From positions 1,412 to 65,411 of the forward strand of contig CADARU010000007.1 of the NCBI GenBank assembly GCA_902790415.1: a stretch of 64,000 nt of DNA, given 5' to 3'. The position numbers and the translations under genes were made by a program. Shown one piece after another: positions 17,170 to 26,661 of this stretch. The stretch comes from an uncultured Pseudomonadota bacterium. Lineage in GTDB: Bacteria; Pseudomonadota; Alphaproteobacteria; Rs-D84. The first letter of the stretch is position 1. Each line of letters opens with the position of its first letter. The notes beneath the pieces were generated by a model. The model saw nothing but the letters and a program-made list of their open reading frames with translations. It did not search any database and was not told the DNA's origin.

Positions 17170-17970
17170 TTACCCACGATGGTGTTTTGACATCGCATAC
17201 GAAAACAGTGATGCCCCAATAATAAATAACGCACCAGACAACAGTTGTCCCATCGTCAATCCCCACGTGGTCAAGAACCCTATTTGCGCATCAGGTGTGC
17301 GGAAACCTTCACAAAATATTCTAAACACCGCGTATCCCATCGCCATTATACCGGCCAACGCACCGGGCCGCGCACGCAGGTTTGTTTTACGATACAAATA
17401 AAACATTATCAAAAATAACAAAACACCTTCGGTTAGGCCTTCGTATATTGGACTGGCATGGCGCGGAACATCAGATACCCCACGAAAGAAAACCGCCAAC
17501 CCAGAATCAGACGGACGGCCCATCAATTCCATATTTATAAAGTTTGCCACGCGCCCAAAAAACAGCCCTATTGGTGCAATTACCGCCAACATATCCAATA
17601 TACGCAGTCCACGTATCCATTGCTTGGCAAAACAAAATGTCGCGATAATAACCCCCAACAGGCCACCATGAAAACTCATCCCGCCATGCCACAGCATTAC
17701 TATTTCCCATGGGCGTGCAATAAAAAATGCCGGATTATAAAACAACACATACCCCAGACGACCACCCAATATAACCCCCAAGATAATCGCCGTAAATAAA
17801 TCGTCTAAATCCTTCTTGTTCAGTTTTAATTCATCATCCCGCTTTAAAAAGGATTTCAGCATAAAATACCCAACGACAAATGCCGCAATATACGCCAACG
17901 CGTACCAGCGCACCGGTAACCCCAAAACAGAAAACGCAACAGGCGAAATAGGATTTATTACGATTGCCAT
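17170..17970 (-). CDS. lgt: prolipoprotein diacylglyceryl transferase
   Basis: 266 aa, polytopic. VRWYALAYI, GGRLGYVLFYN, WHGGMSFHGGLLG and GRVANFIN motifs typical of Lgt. Confidence 0.9.
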   Translation of the reverse strand: MAIVINPISPVAFSVLGLPVRWYALAYIAAFVVGYFMLKSFLKRDDELKLNKKDLDDLFTAIILGVILGGRLGYVLFYNPAFFIARPWEIVMLWHGGMSFHGGLLGVIIATFCFAKQWIRGLRILDMLAVIAPIGLFFGRVANFINMELMGRPSDSGLAVFFRGVSDVPRHASPIYEGLTEGVLLFLIMFYLYRKTNLRARPGALAGIMAMGYAVFRIFCEGFRTPDAQIGFLTTWGLTMGQLLSGALFIIGASLFSYAMSKHHRG

Positions 17971-18063
17971 TTTTCAATACCTTTTTTAGATTAAAAAATT
18001 TTATTTCTTGAAAATTCACCCTTATTGTATTATATCTTTGACGAATAACAAGGAGAAACTTAA

Positions 18064-18783
18064 ATGACAACAAAACCTATGACAAGAAAAAATGACCTGA
18101 CCAATCGTGGCGGGGGCATTGAATCATATTTCAGAAAGATTTTTTCTTTGATGTTTGGCGCGGTTGCGGTTACTGCATTGGCCACATTTTTTACAATCTA
18201 TGGTGGAGGTATTTCATTATTGGTTAATCCGGGTGGCATGTCGCCATTATTCTATATTATAATCTTTGGTGGTCTGGGGCTGTCAATTTGGGCCCAGGCG
18301 CGCGCGTTTTCTATGCGTCCTGCAACGGCGGCGATATTGTTGTTTATATACGCGGTACTAATTGGATTGGGAATAACGCCAATGATTTGGGGCGGTTTAA
18401 TGGTAAACCCGGCATCCATATTACAGGCATTTATTATCGCTGCAATTATGTTTGGTTGCATGGCAATGTTTGGATATAAAACCGTCAAAGATTTATCTTT
18501 CTTGGGTATATTCCTGATGATGGGTATGATCGGCTTGATTTTGGTTGGTATTGCCGCGATGATTTGGCCACTGGGCGGTGCATTTTCAACAATCGTATGC
18601 CTGATTGGGGTGTTGGTATTCGCATTATTCACCGCGTACGATATGCAGAATTTAAAGCGCGCGTATGCCGCACTGGGCGATGATTTACAGAAAGACCAGT
18701 TGGCGGTGTTGGGTGCATTACATTTGTATATTTCCTTTATCGGTATGTTCCAGTACCTGATGGGATTGTTGAATCGCGATTAA
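18064..18783 (+). CDS. Bax inhibitor-1/YccA family membrane protein
   Basis: 239 aa with seven hydrophobic segments. Length and the C-terminal ALHLYISFIGMFQYLMGLL pattern fit the BI-1 family. Confidence 0.8.
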   Translation: MTTKPMTRKNDLTNRGGGIESYFRKIFSLMFGAVAVTALATFFTIYGGGISLLVNPGGMSPLFYIIIFGGLGLSIWAQARAFSMRPATAAILLFIYAVLIGLGITPMIWGGLMVNPASILQAFIIAAIMFGCMAMFGYKTVKDLSFLGIFLMMGMIGLILVGIAAMIWPLGGAFSTIVCLIGVLVFALFTAYDMQNLKRAYAALGDDLQKDQLAVLGALHLYISFIGMFQYLMGLLNRD

Positions 18784-18809
18784 ATAAAAATTAACAAGAG
18801 GAGAAAAAC

Positions 18810-20357
18810 ATGGCTTATAAAATAGACCCGACAAAATGTATTGGTTGTCATTCTTGTATGGGGATGTGCCCAATGATGGCAATTTCTGTGGGTGCCGATG
18901 GTAAATGTGTTATTGACACAACAAAATGCGTATCATGCGGAACATGTGCAGGCGACAATAAAGGTTCAAATAAATATCGTGGGGTTTTGAAAATGTCTGC
19001 TAAAAATGTAAATGATATTGTTGCACTGTGTAAACGGCGTGGGTTCATATTCACCGGTTCGGAAATATACGGTGGTATGGGCGGAACATACGATTACGGT
19101 CCATACGGCGTAGAACTGATGAAAAATATTCGCAACGCCTGGTGGAATTCTATGGTTTATTCCCGCAACGATATCGAAGGTTTGGATGCATCGCTAATCG
19201 GTAATCGGTTGATGTGGAAATATTCCGGACACGAAGGCGGCTTTTCCGACCCATTGGTTGAATGTAAAAAATGTGGTGCACGTATGCGCCAAGATAAAAT
19301 GCGCGACCAAACAAAATGCGATAACTGTGGTTCAACTGATTTAATGCCGCCACGTGAATATCAATTAATGATGGGGTTGTCAATCGGCGCGGTATCAGAT
19401 GGCGAAATAAACGCATATCTGCGCCCGGAAACGGCAACTACAACGTACATAAACTTTAAAAACGTATTGGACTCTACGCCGCATAAATTGCCGTTCGGCA
19501 TCGTTCAAATCGGCAAGGCGTTTCGTAACGAAATTTCACCGCGCGGATTCGTTTTCCGTATGCGCGAATTCGAACAGGCGGAAATGCAATACTTTGTTCG
19601 TCCGGGTGAAGATGAAAAGTATTTTGACATGTGGCGCGAAACCCGTATTGCATGGTGGACAAATGTTTTGGGGATACCGGCAAACAAATTACGCTTTACA
19701 CCACACGAAAAACTGGCCCACTATGCCAAGGCCGCCGGTGATATAGAATACGAATTTCCTGATGGTTTTGATGAAGTAGAAGGTGTTCATAATCGCCAAG
19801 ATTTTGATTTGGGTTCACATACAAAATCCCAAAATGAATTTAAAATTTCTGCGCACGTTATGAAAAACGAAGACAGTACAATTAAATTGGCATATTCTGA
19901 CCCACAAACAGGCGAGAGTTTTATTCCATACGTAATTGAAACCGCAATGGGTGTAAATCGCGCCATGATGGCACTGATGATAGAAGCATACACCGAAGAA
20001 GATTTGGGTGATGGCAAATCGCGCATTGTATTGAAATTAAAGCCATGGTTGTCCCCGGTCAAGGCCGCGGTTATTCCATTGGCACGCAACGTTCCTGAAT
20101 TGGTTGACATCGCAAATAACATTGAAAACGATTTACGCAAATTGGGTATTGGACGTATTGAATTAGAAAACTCTGGAAACATCGGTAAAAATTATCGCCG
20201 TCATGATGAAATTGGTACACCGGTATGTATAACGGTTGACCATCAAACATTAGAAGATGGCATGGTTACAATGCGGCATCGCGATACCATGGAACAAGAG
20301 AGAATTAAAATCGCTGACGTTCCCGCACGTGTCAAAGAAATCGTTTCGCAAAATTAA
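18810..20357 (+). CDS. glyQS: glycine--tRNA ligase (dimeric GlyQS type) with N-terminal ferredoxin-like extension
   Basis: From Met62 (18993): IVALCKRRGFIFTGSEIYGGMGGTYDYGPYGVELMKNI, FRNEISPRGFVFRMREFEQAEMQYF, and class II motif 3. Residues 1-61 carry the CIGCHSCMGMCP and CVSCGTC Fe-S motifs. A strong SD (AGGAG) precedes 18810. Confidence 0.9.
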   Translation: MAYKIDPTKCIGCHSCMGMCPMMAISVGADGKCVIDTTKCVSCGTCAGDNKGSNKYRGVLKMSAKNVNDIVALCKRRGFIFTGSEIYGGMGGTYDYGPYGVELMKNIRNAWWNSMVYSRNDIEGLDASLIGNRLMWKYSGHEGGFSDPLVECKKCGARMRQDKMRDQTKCDNCGSTDLMPPREYQLMMGLSIGAVSDGEINAYLRPETATTTYINFKNVLDSTPHKLPFGIVQIGKAFRNEISPRGFVFRMREFEQAEMQYFVRPGEDEKYFDMWRETRIAWWTNVLGIPANKLRFTPHEKLAHYAKAAGDIEYEFPDGFDEVEGVHNRQDFDLGSHTKSQNEFKISAHVMKNEDSTIKLAYSDPQTGESFIPYVIETAMGVNRAMMALMIEAYTEEDLGDGKSRIVLKLKPWLSPVKAAVIPLARNVPELVDIANNIENDLRKLGIGRIELENSGNIGKNYRRHDEIGTPVCITVDHQTLEDGMVTMRHRDTMEQERIKIADVPARVKEIVSQN

Positions 20358-20383
20358 AGAAACCGGCAAATGCCGGTTTTTTA
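20358..20383. terminator. rho-independent terminator after glyQS
   Basis: Hairpin AACCGGCAAATGCCGGTT followed by a T-run. A near-inverse copy (ACCGACATTTGCCGGT) lies at about 21183. Confidence 0.65.
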
Positions 20384-21091
20384 TTATTTATTATTTAAAA
20401 AATCTAAAGCTTTACGAACTTTATCAGCATATCGTAAATTCATTGCTCTTTTGAAACACGCTTCATATAAGCGTTCCAAATTATTGTGCATAGCTGGATC
20501 CACTTCAGAATTAAATGCAATTCCCTTGTCACCATCCGTATTCAAACGCAATGTATATTCTGGTTTAGGGCTATCACACATCTTTGCAATTGAATAGTCA
20601 TGTGAATTAACCGCCAATTTGCCATTACTAAATACTAAAAAGCCCATATTTTCTGTTTCATAAACTTTGGTGCATTTTTCCAGAATTTTGAAACAACCTT
20701 CAAAAATCATATCTTCATCAGACAATACTTCTACTTTAACACCATCCCAGAACGCCGCTATTTTGTCCTCAGTTAATACTTTGTCAGATCCTTTAACTTT
20801 GACTTCTTCCTGTGGCTTGCACTCTTCCAGAAGCGCTTCCTGTGGCTTGCACTCTTCCAGAGGGCCTTCTTGTGGCTTACATTCTTCTATTAATACGTCA
20901 TCACCACAATCTTTACCAGATTCCGCACTTTCAACCCCAACAAATTTAAAAGGTTCACTCTCAAACAGCCCTTCCAAAACAGGGTAATTTGAACGCTTTT
21001 TTTTGCTGTTTTTTTTCGCTTCACTAACCCCCAAAAAGGTAAAACCTGCCTGACTAAAATCAACCATTTTTTGTTCTACTTGGTCTGCCAT
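20384..21091 (-). CDS. hypothetical protein with EECKPQE tandem repeats
   Basis: 235-aa ORF with no signal peptide. Three 10-aa repeats (LIEECKPQEGP / LEECKPQEAL / LEECKPQEEV) separate two non-repetitive domains. Confidence 0.5.
   Translation of the reverse strand: MADQVEQKMVDFSQAGFTFLGVSEAKKNSKKKRSNYPVLEGLFESEPFKFVGVESAESGKDCGDDVLIEECKPQEGPLEECKPQEALLEECKPQEEVKVKGSDKVLTEDKIAAFWDGVKVEVLSDEDMIFEGCFKILEKCTKVYETENMGFLVFSNGKLAVNSHDYSIAKMCDSPKPEYTLRLNTDGDKGIAFNSEVDPAMHNNLERLYEACFKRAMNLRYADKVRKALDFLNNK
20806..20895. repeat. 3 x 30-nt in-frame tandem repeat
   Basis: CTTCCTGTGGCTTGCACTCTTCCAGAAGCG / ...AGAGGGC / a degenerate third copy. Encodes the EECKPQE repeats. Confidence 0.85.
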
Positions 21092-21203
21092 TTTTATTTC
21101 CTTTGTTTGTTGTTATTTTTTATTTATACGAATAATATAGCACAAAAAAATATATTGTCAAGCAATTCTATAAAAAAATTAAACCGACATTTGCCGGTTT
21201 TTT

Positions 21204-22907
21204 TTATTCTGTTAATAACGGTATTTCCATTTCATCATTATAGAAAGACAGGAACTTTTGACCCGTACCACAATACACTTTTTCCAAAGAATCGTTATAT
21301 TCGCGCATCGCCAACGTCATACGTTCATCGATATCACTCTGGGCCCCCTGATACCCGGAATACCCACCAATCGCGCCACCAAGACCGGCACCTTTGGCGG
21401 TCGCGCCCAAACGCGCCTTGTTTGAAAAATCAATCAAATCGCCATCATCGGCCTCTAGATGAACAGGTTTGAAATTGTCTATTTTTAAATCTTCATCCGC
21501 CGAATTGCAATCAAGCGTATTTTTCCCATCCAACCAACAAACGGTGGCATTATTCCTGTTTTGTGCAAGCCATTTATACCAATCATCTATTTTGGAACCA
21601 AATCTTGCCTCTGGGAAATTCAGAACAACCGCCCGCTTGGCTGCCCCTGCATTTTTTTCAACGTGACTTACGTCAATTTGTATATAACCCGTTTCATCGT
21701 CAGTTGCTTTCATAACAACGGTTGTACCGCTATCCTCATTTTTGTATCTTGTTTGGCCCCTGCATTCGGTCTTTTTTTCTGTATCGTCTTTTGTTTCGAA
21801 ACTGCTTAAACTTGTACCACATATTTCTGTTGGGCTAAAACTACTTGAAGCATGACAATTGGTGCCCTTGTTGTCGTTATCTTTATCTTTTTCGCAAACC
21901 ATCCAATTTCTGGATGAATAGTTATAAAAATACAATTTCCCTTCATCGCTTGCTTGTAATGCGCCTTTCTTTTGAATTCTGCCCCACAAACACGTGGTTT
22001 CCCCCGAAGGCCCTTCACATTTTTCAATACGCAAAACAGAATCACCCATTCCAGACATATTTCCAACCAAACCACCGGCGGCGGCATTAACACCCGCACT
22101 CATAATAACATCACCGGCAACCTTGCCAGAAAAAGTACTGGCGGTCATTAATGCCGCGCCAGCGGTTGCACCAATCGCAGTATTTTTTAATTTGTTTTTA
22201 CTGGTTCCAAATAAACCATCTTTGCCCGCATCATTTTTACCGCTTAAATTTCCACCAATTCCGCCAACCAATAATCCAGCCGCAATTTTCAAACCGGCCT
22301 TGCTCTTTTGTTCTTGATTCATAACATTGATAACATCTTGACGTGTCGGTGCCTTGTCCGCAGGAAATACAACATTTGCAATATCAGGCAAATATGATGA
22401 CTGAGGAAAATTTGATATGTTGCACTTTAACGTATCACCCGCCGCTAATTTTCCACGCGCCACAGGCAAATCCATACTGTTTCCTGTTATTCCCTTACCT
22501 ACAAAGCGCATTTCAACAACCGCGACACATGTCGGCGCACCACCAGCACGAGAACCCAACGTTGGTCTATCCCATTCGAATTCACCACCGGGGTAAATCA
22601 TACTGCACGCATCCAGTTTTGTAAAAGTAACACCTGTATCGGTATCGCCACCCTTTATTCTTTCGGCCAAATCTGCATCGGCAACACGCACAGGCAATTC
22701 AACCTCGGCCGTGGCCGTCTCGGCATTTTCTGCCTCGGCGGCGGCAATGTAATTATTGTACTGTTGTTGTAATGCCATGGTGTTTTTATAAGAGCCAGCA
22801 TAACTGCCACCGGCGTTTCCGGTACGCAACGCAGCAAACGCAACACCAGAGGTCACGGTTAAAATCACCGCCAGCGAACAAGAAATAACACGATTATTTT
22901 TTTTCAT
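21204..22907 (-). CDS. hypothetical secreted protein with Gly/Ala-rich (glycine-zipper-like) segments
   Basis: The ORF is open to 22943, but the ATG at 22907 (MKKNNRVISCSLAVILTVTSGVAFA) has a GGAGAG SD and a signal peptide. Gly-rich stretches KIAAGLLVGGIGGNLSG and AGVNAAAGGLVGNMSG. Immediately downstream of the barrel gene. Confidence 0.55.
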   Translation of the reverse strand: MKKNNRVISCSLAVILTVTSGVAFAALRTGNAGGSYAGSYKNTMALQQQYNNYIAAAEAENAETATAEVELPVRVADADLAERIKGGDTDTGVTFTKLDACSMIYPGGEFEWDRPTLGSRAGGAPTCVAVVEMRFVGKGITGNSMDLPVARGKLAAGDTLKCNISNFPQSSYLPDIANVVFPADKAPTRQDVINVMNQEQKSKAGLKIAAGLLVGGIGGNLSGKNDAGKDGLFGTSKNKLKNTAIGATAGAALMTASTFSGKVAGDVIMSAGVNAAAGGLVGNMSGMGDSVLRIEKCEGPSGETTCLWGRIQKKGALQASDEGKLYFYNYSSRNWMVCEKDKDNDNKGTNCHASSSFSPTEICGTSLSSFETKDDTEKKTECRGQTRYKNEDSGTTVVMKATDDETGYIQIDVSHVEKNAGAAKRAVVLNFPEARFGSKIDDWYKWLAQNRNNATVCWLDGKNTLDCNSADEDLKIDNFKPVHLEADDGDLIDFSNKARLGATAKGAGLGGAIGGYSGYQGAQSDIDERMTLAMREYNDSLEKVYCGTGQKFLSFYNDEMEIPLLTE

Positions 22908-22948
22908 TGGCTCTCTCTCCCCATAAAGTTGCGTCACAGACACGCAAA

Positions 22949-24088
22949 TTAGAACTGTAATCTAAGGCGCATACCAACATCAACCATACCTATGCGACCG
23001 CTCTCGTACCAGTTCGTATAGTGGAAAACACTGTCATAATCGGCCTGAACTTCGCCACCATATCCATCAGACAACCATTCTGTTTGCGATAAAACAATAC
23101 TGCCCGATGTTTTAACCTTGCCTAAATTGGCGTAACGCGCAAAGAAATCAATCTTCATACCGCCACCCAAATCAGTTGTAATACCACCTTCCAACATAAA
23201 GGCCAACTGTTCCGCGGTTCCACCATTATGATACGCATAAATATCGGAAATTCCGGTCAAAACACCCGCATTGTTAATTGTTGTGTCCAAATCTGCAACA
23301 ACCTCATAATACGTATCGTCATAAACAACATAATCCGCGATTGAATTCAAAGACAAACCAACACCAACACCAACATACGGACGCAACGAACCGCCTGCCA
23401 AATAGCCAGTATAAGAATCGATGTTATAATACATATTCAACATCGTTGTATTAGATGTTATTGCCCCACCTTCAACCGAGGCCGTAACCGTCGCATTACC
23501 CGATGAATCGTTTGCGGTCAAAACATTGTCAGGATAACCCAACCCCGAATAACGTGTATAAGAAAAATCGACACGTACATCGTTATTCAATGCCGCACCA
23601 ACAGAAAACTGTAACGGAATAACCGTATCGTGTTGAAATGCCGCACCCGCAAATGCGCCCGGCACAACATAGGCATCTTTTTCACCGGCATAATCCGCGT
23701 TCATATCACCCATAACACTGGCCGCATAGGCAACAGATAAACCAATATATAAACCACTGTCCGCCAAACGATCATAATCCGCCGGTTGATAATATTTGCG
23801 CCCCGCCGCCGTTGCCGCAGAACCAACCTTGGGCAATGCCCCGGTGATACGTGTCGGTTGGGCCGCCACACCAGAATTCACAATCATTGTGCCATTACCA
23901 CCAACCGTTGGCACCGCAACCAAGGGTTGCACGCCATTTTGTTGTTGATATTGAACCATAACCTGTTGAGGAATTGCCGCATTTTGTCCCGTATAATAGT
24001 TCTGATATACAGGATACGCGGCATCAACCGCACCCGGCAGTGTTAACATACACCCTATAAAAACGGCAGAAAAACTGACCTTCCTCAT
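22949..24088 (-). CDS. outer-membrane beta-barrel protein (putative)
   Basis: Signal peptide, alternating amphipathic strands, aromatic-rich, and a C-terminal RLRLQF ending in Phe, which is the OMP signature. Confidence 0.65.
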   Translation of the reverse strand: MRKVSFSAVFIGCMLTLPGAVDAAYPVYQNYYTGQNAAIPQQVMVQYQQQNGVQPLVAVPTVGGNGTMIVNSGVAAQPTRITGALPKVGSAATAAGRKYYQPADYDRLADSGLYIGLSVAYAASVMGDMNADYAGEKDAYVVPGAFAGAAFQHDTVIPLQFSVGAALNNDVRVDFSYTRYSGLGYPDNVLTANDSSGNATVTASVEGGAITSNTTMLNMYYNIDSYTGYLAGGSLRPYVGVGVGLSLNSIADYVVYDDTYYEVVADLDTTINNAGVLTGISDIYAYHNGGTAEQLAFMLEGGITTDLGGGMKIDFFARYANLGKVKTSGSIVLSQTEWLSDGYGGEVQADYDSVFHYTNWYESGRIGMVDVGMRLRLQF

Positions 24089-24168
24089 ATTTATTCTTTC
24101 CTTCTTGGGTGTATTATATCATAAAATCATTTTCAAGGGAAGACCTTTTACAAACAAAATGCACAAAT

Positions 24169-24200
24169 AAAAACAGGGGCAAAACGCCCCCATTTTTTAC
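24169..24200 (-). terminator. rho-independent terminator after the 24213..25238 gene
   Basis: Minus strand hairpin GGGGGCGTTTTGCCCC followed by TGTTTTTATTT. Confidence 0.6.
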
Positions 24201-24212
24201 AATATGATTTGA

Positions 24213-25238
24213 TTAAAACTTTAAATTCAAACGAAATCCTGTTTCTAATTTCAAATCAGTTGTGTTTGATGATAAATATGCACCTGTGTCATACGTATCT
24301 TCGATATACCAGGCAACCTGAACACTGTCGCGCATTTGATAGGCAACCGTAAAGTTCCAGATATATTCATTAAAGTGGTCATGCATATCTTTGTATTCTT
24401 TTAACTGGCCAGCAACAGCTTCTTGGATTGGTTCCGGCGAATTCGAAAGGTCGGTGTACACAGATTCCAAACCATTTGTTGCATGATAGTTATAACGGAA
24501 TCCAAGACCCGCAGACCAACGATCATCTATTTGATAGAACAAATTCGCACCCGCATTGATTTCCCATGTCGAGTCAAGATTTACCGAAAGAACATCCGGC
24601 AAAGTACTAAAATATGGGTTCACGTATGCAGATGTAAATGCTTTGAACTGTTTTATATCTATTTCATTGTTATGGTTACCAAATGTTTGCAAACCTTCTA
24701 CGAATGCACTCATTGTCCATTCTGACCATTTTTTACCAAACTTGGTTCCAAAATGATACCCCCAACGGCCATTAGAGAAATTAGCATACTTGAATACCGG
24801 TTCACCCACCGCGGTCATGGTTAATGCACCCTTCATTTTTTCCATGCCACCCAAGTGGAAATCACCATACAAATCCCAAACAAAACCATCAAAGGAATCA
24901 ATTACACGATATGTTGTTCCAACGCGTCCCAAATGAAAACCTTTGCGGTCAATATCAGGGTTATATGTATAACCGGCAATCGCGTGCAGTGCCCAACGGT
25001 CGGTAATACCGACACCCAGTTCTTGTGTTGGCCGCCAAATTGGGAATTCTTTGGCACCATCGTGGTTATTCAAAACCTGGCTCTTGGTGTCATCGGTTTT
25101 TTTGTACATTAAACCAATGCTGGTTTTAGAATACACCTGGCCACCACGTGGCAAGAACAACGGGTTTTCCATATTCGCCGCAACCGCGGACGTTGTAACA
25201 GCCGCAGCCGCAACCGCAACAGATAAAAATTTTTTCAT
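24213..25238 (-). CDS. outer-membrane beta-barrel protein (putative)
   Basis: Signal peptide (AAAAVTTSAVAA) and strand-like alternation. C-terminal RLNLKF. Confidence 0.6.
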   Translation of the reverse strand: MKKFLSVAVAAAAVTTSAVAANMENPLFLPRGGQVYSKTSIGLMYKKTDDTKSQVLNNHDGAKEFPIWRPTQELGVGITDRWALHAIAGYTYNPDIDRKGFHLGRVGTTYRVIDSFDGFVWDLYGDFHLGGMEKMKGALTMTAVGEPVFKYANFSNGRWGYHFGTKFGKKWSEWTMSAFVEGLQTFGNHNNEIDIKQFKAFTSAYVNPYFSTLPDVLSVNLDSTWEINAGANLFYQIDDRWSAGLGFRYNYHATNGLESVYTDLSNSPEPIQEAVAGQLKEYKDMHDHFNEYIWNFTVAYQMRDSVQVAWYIEDTYDTGAYLSSNTTDLKLETGFRLNLKF

Positions 25239-25465
25239 AAAACATCCTTATGTTTTTGTTGTTTATCACCAACCCCCATTATTGGCAAGATTGGTGTTGC
25301 ACCCCCACATCGCCCATTATTGGCAACAATGCTTTTTTTAGGAATACAACCCGAATATTTTACACCTTGTGTAAACAAAGTCAAAAACTTTGTGCAAAAC
25401 AACACGTATCTTGATTTTGCCGGTCAAACACCTATAATAAACACATACAAAACAAAGGACACGTT

Positions 25466-25990
25466 ATGGATTCTGATGTTTCAAAAATATTGGCAATGGT
25501 TAACGGCCATGATAGACACGAAAACGAAACCATCGCAATCGCCAAACAAGACCAAGAAAAAATTAACGATGCAATCGAATCCATATTCATGGGTAAAAGC
25601 ATTTTACTCTGGATTCAGGGCGGAAAATTGGTCGATGCATGGATACGCGCACTGGACGAAATGCGCAGTGAATTGTTTGCAATACCAAATAAATGCTGTG
25701 CGGTTACATATCTGCGTAATGCGGTTTTCAACCACCACAATCAATGGCAACGCAAAATGACGGCCAGTAATGAACGTAACTCGGTGGCACAAATCAACAA
25801 CAAATCAGAATATGATAAATTGGTTGACCACGCAAACACACTTATATCTGTTGGCGAACAAACAATATCCGACATGATACGGAAATATTCTGAAACCGGT
25901 GGCGAACATATACAACCCAAACAAAATTTTACACAAATGGCAATTACTAATACACGCGAACATGAACAAAGCCGAATCAGAAAAAGATAA
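25466..25990 (+). CDS. hypothetical protein
   Basis: 174-aa ORF with an AAAGGA SD. Preferred over the overlapping ORF 25320..25760 on composition. Confidence 0.5.
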   Translation: MDSDVSKILAMVNGHDRHENETIAIAKQDQEKINDAIESIFMGKSILLWIQGGKLVDAWIRALDEMRSELFAIPNKCCAVTYLRNAVFNHHNQWQRKMTASNERNSVAQINNKSEYDKLVDHANTLISVGEQTISDMIRKYSETGGEHIQPKQNFTQMAITNTREHEQSRIRKR

Positions 25991-26072
25991 TCCGGCACCT
26001 TGAAAACACATACAAAAAGAACTATAATTACAAATGTGAGTGTGGGATTAACCGAAGTCAAGAGGTGCAAAC

Positions 26073-26657
26073 ATGAACGCATCAGAAAAAACAAATTCAA
26101 TTCAACTGGACATCAAAACAAAAAAAGATTTGGCATCTGCCTATATGTCTTTGTATGACTCTATCGTTAATACAAAACGCGCAAAAGGTATGTCAAACGG
26201 TCAATCTTGGGCCAAGGCATTAAGCGATATGGAACGATTACTAAACATACAAAACCGAAATGGTAAAAATAATCCAGAGGCGATGAACTATCTTATGCGA
26301 CTGTTAAAAACACACAAACAGACAGAATCAAAAAAATCTATGATTTCAGAAGACAGATTTGACACACTAGAACGCAGTGATACCGGTAACAGCCTTAACA
26401 GTTTCCTAACACCAGAAATGACAAAAATGATTTCGGCCTTTAAACATTTATTAAAGGTTATCGACAACACAACCAGATTAGACGAACATATGTTGATAGA
26501 ATACTTGAAACCCATTATTCCGAACAACGATTTTATTACTTGGTTACACTATAACCCGGACCAATTAAAAGGTATCAAAGAAGACGACCTTGGTGGTTTG
26601 GAACACCTATACAAACGCTATTACTCAAACAATAAAGAAAACACTTATTCAAAATAA
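26073..26657 (+). CDS. hypothetical protein
   Basis: 194-aa helical ORF with an AGAGG SD. No family recognised. Confidence 0.5.
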   Translation: MNASEKTNSIQLDIKTKKDLASAYMSLYDSIVNTKRAKGMSNGQSWAKALSDMERLLNIQNRNGKNNPEAMNYLMRLLKTHKQTESKKSMISEDRFDTLERSDTGNSLNSFLTPEMTKMISAFKHLLKVIDNTTRLDEHMLIEYLKPIIPNNDFITWLHYNPDQLKGIKEDDLGGLEHLYKRYYSNNKENTYSK

Positions 26658-26661
26658 AATA

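Noticed and set aside
25320-25760. 146-aa plus-strand ORF overlapping 25466..25990
   Set aside because: It has no SD and odd composition (Trp, Cys and Gln-rich). The overlapping frame has an SD and a more protein-like sequence.
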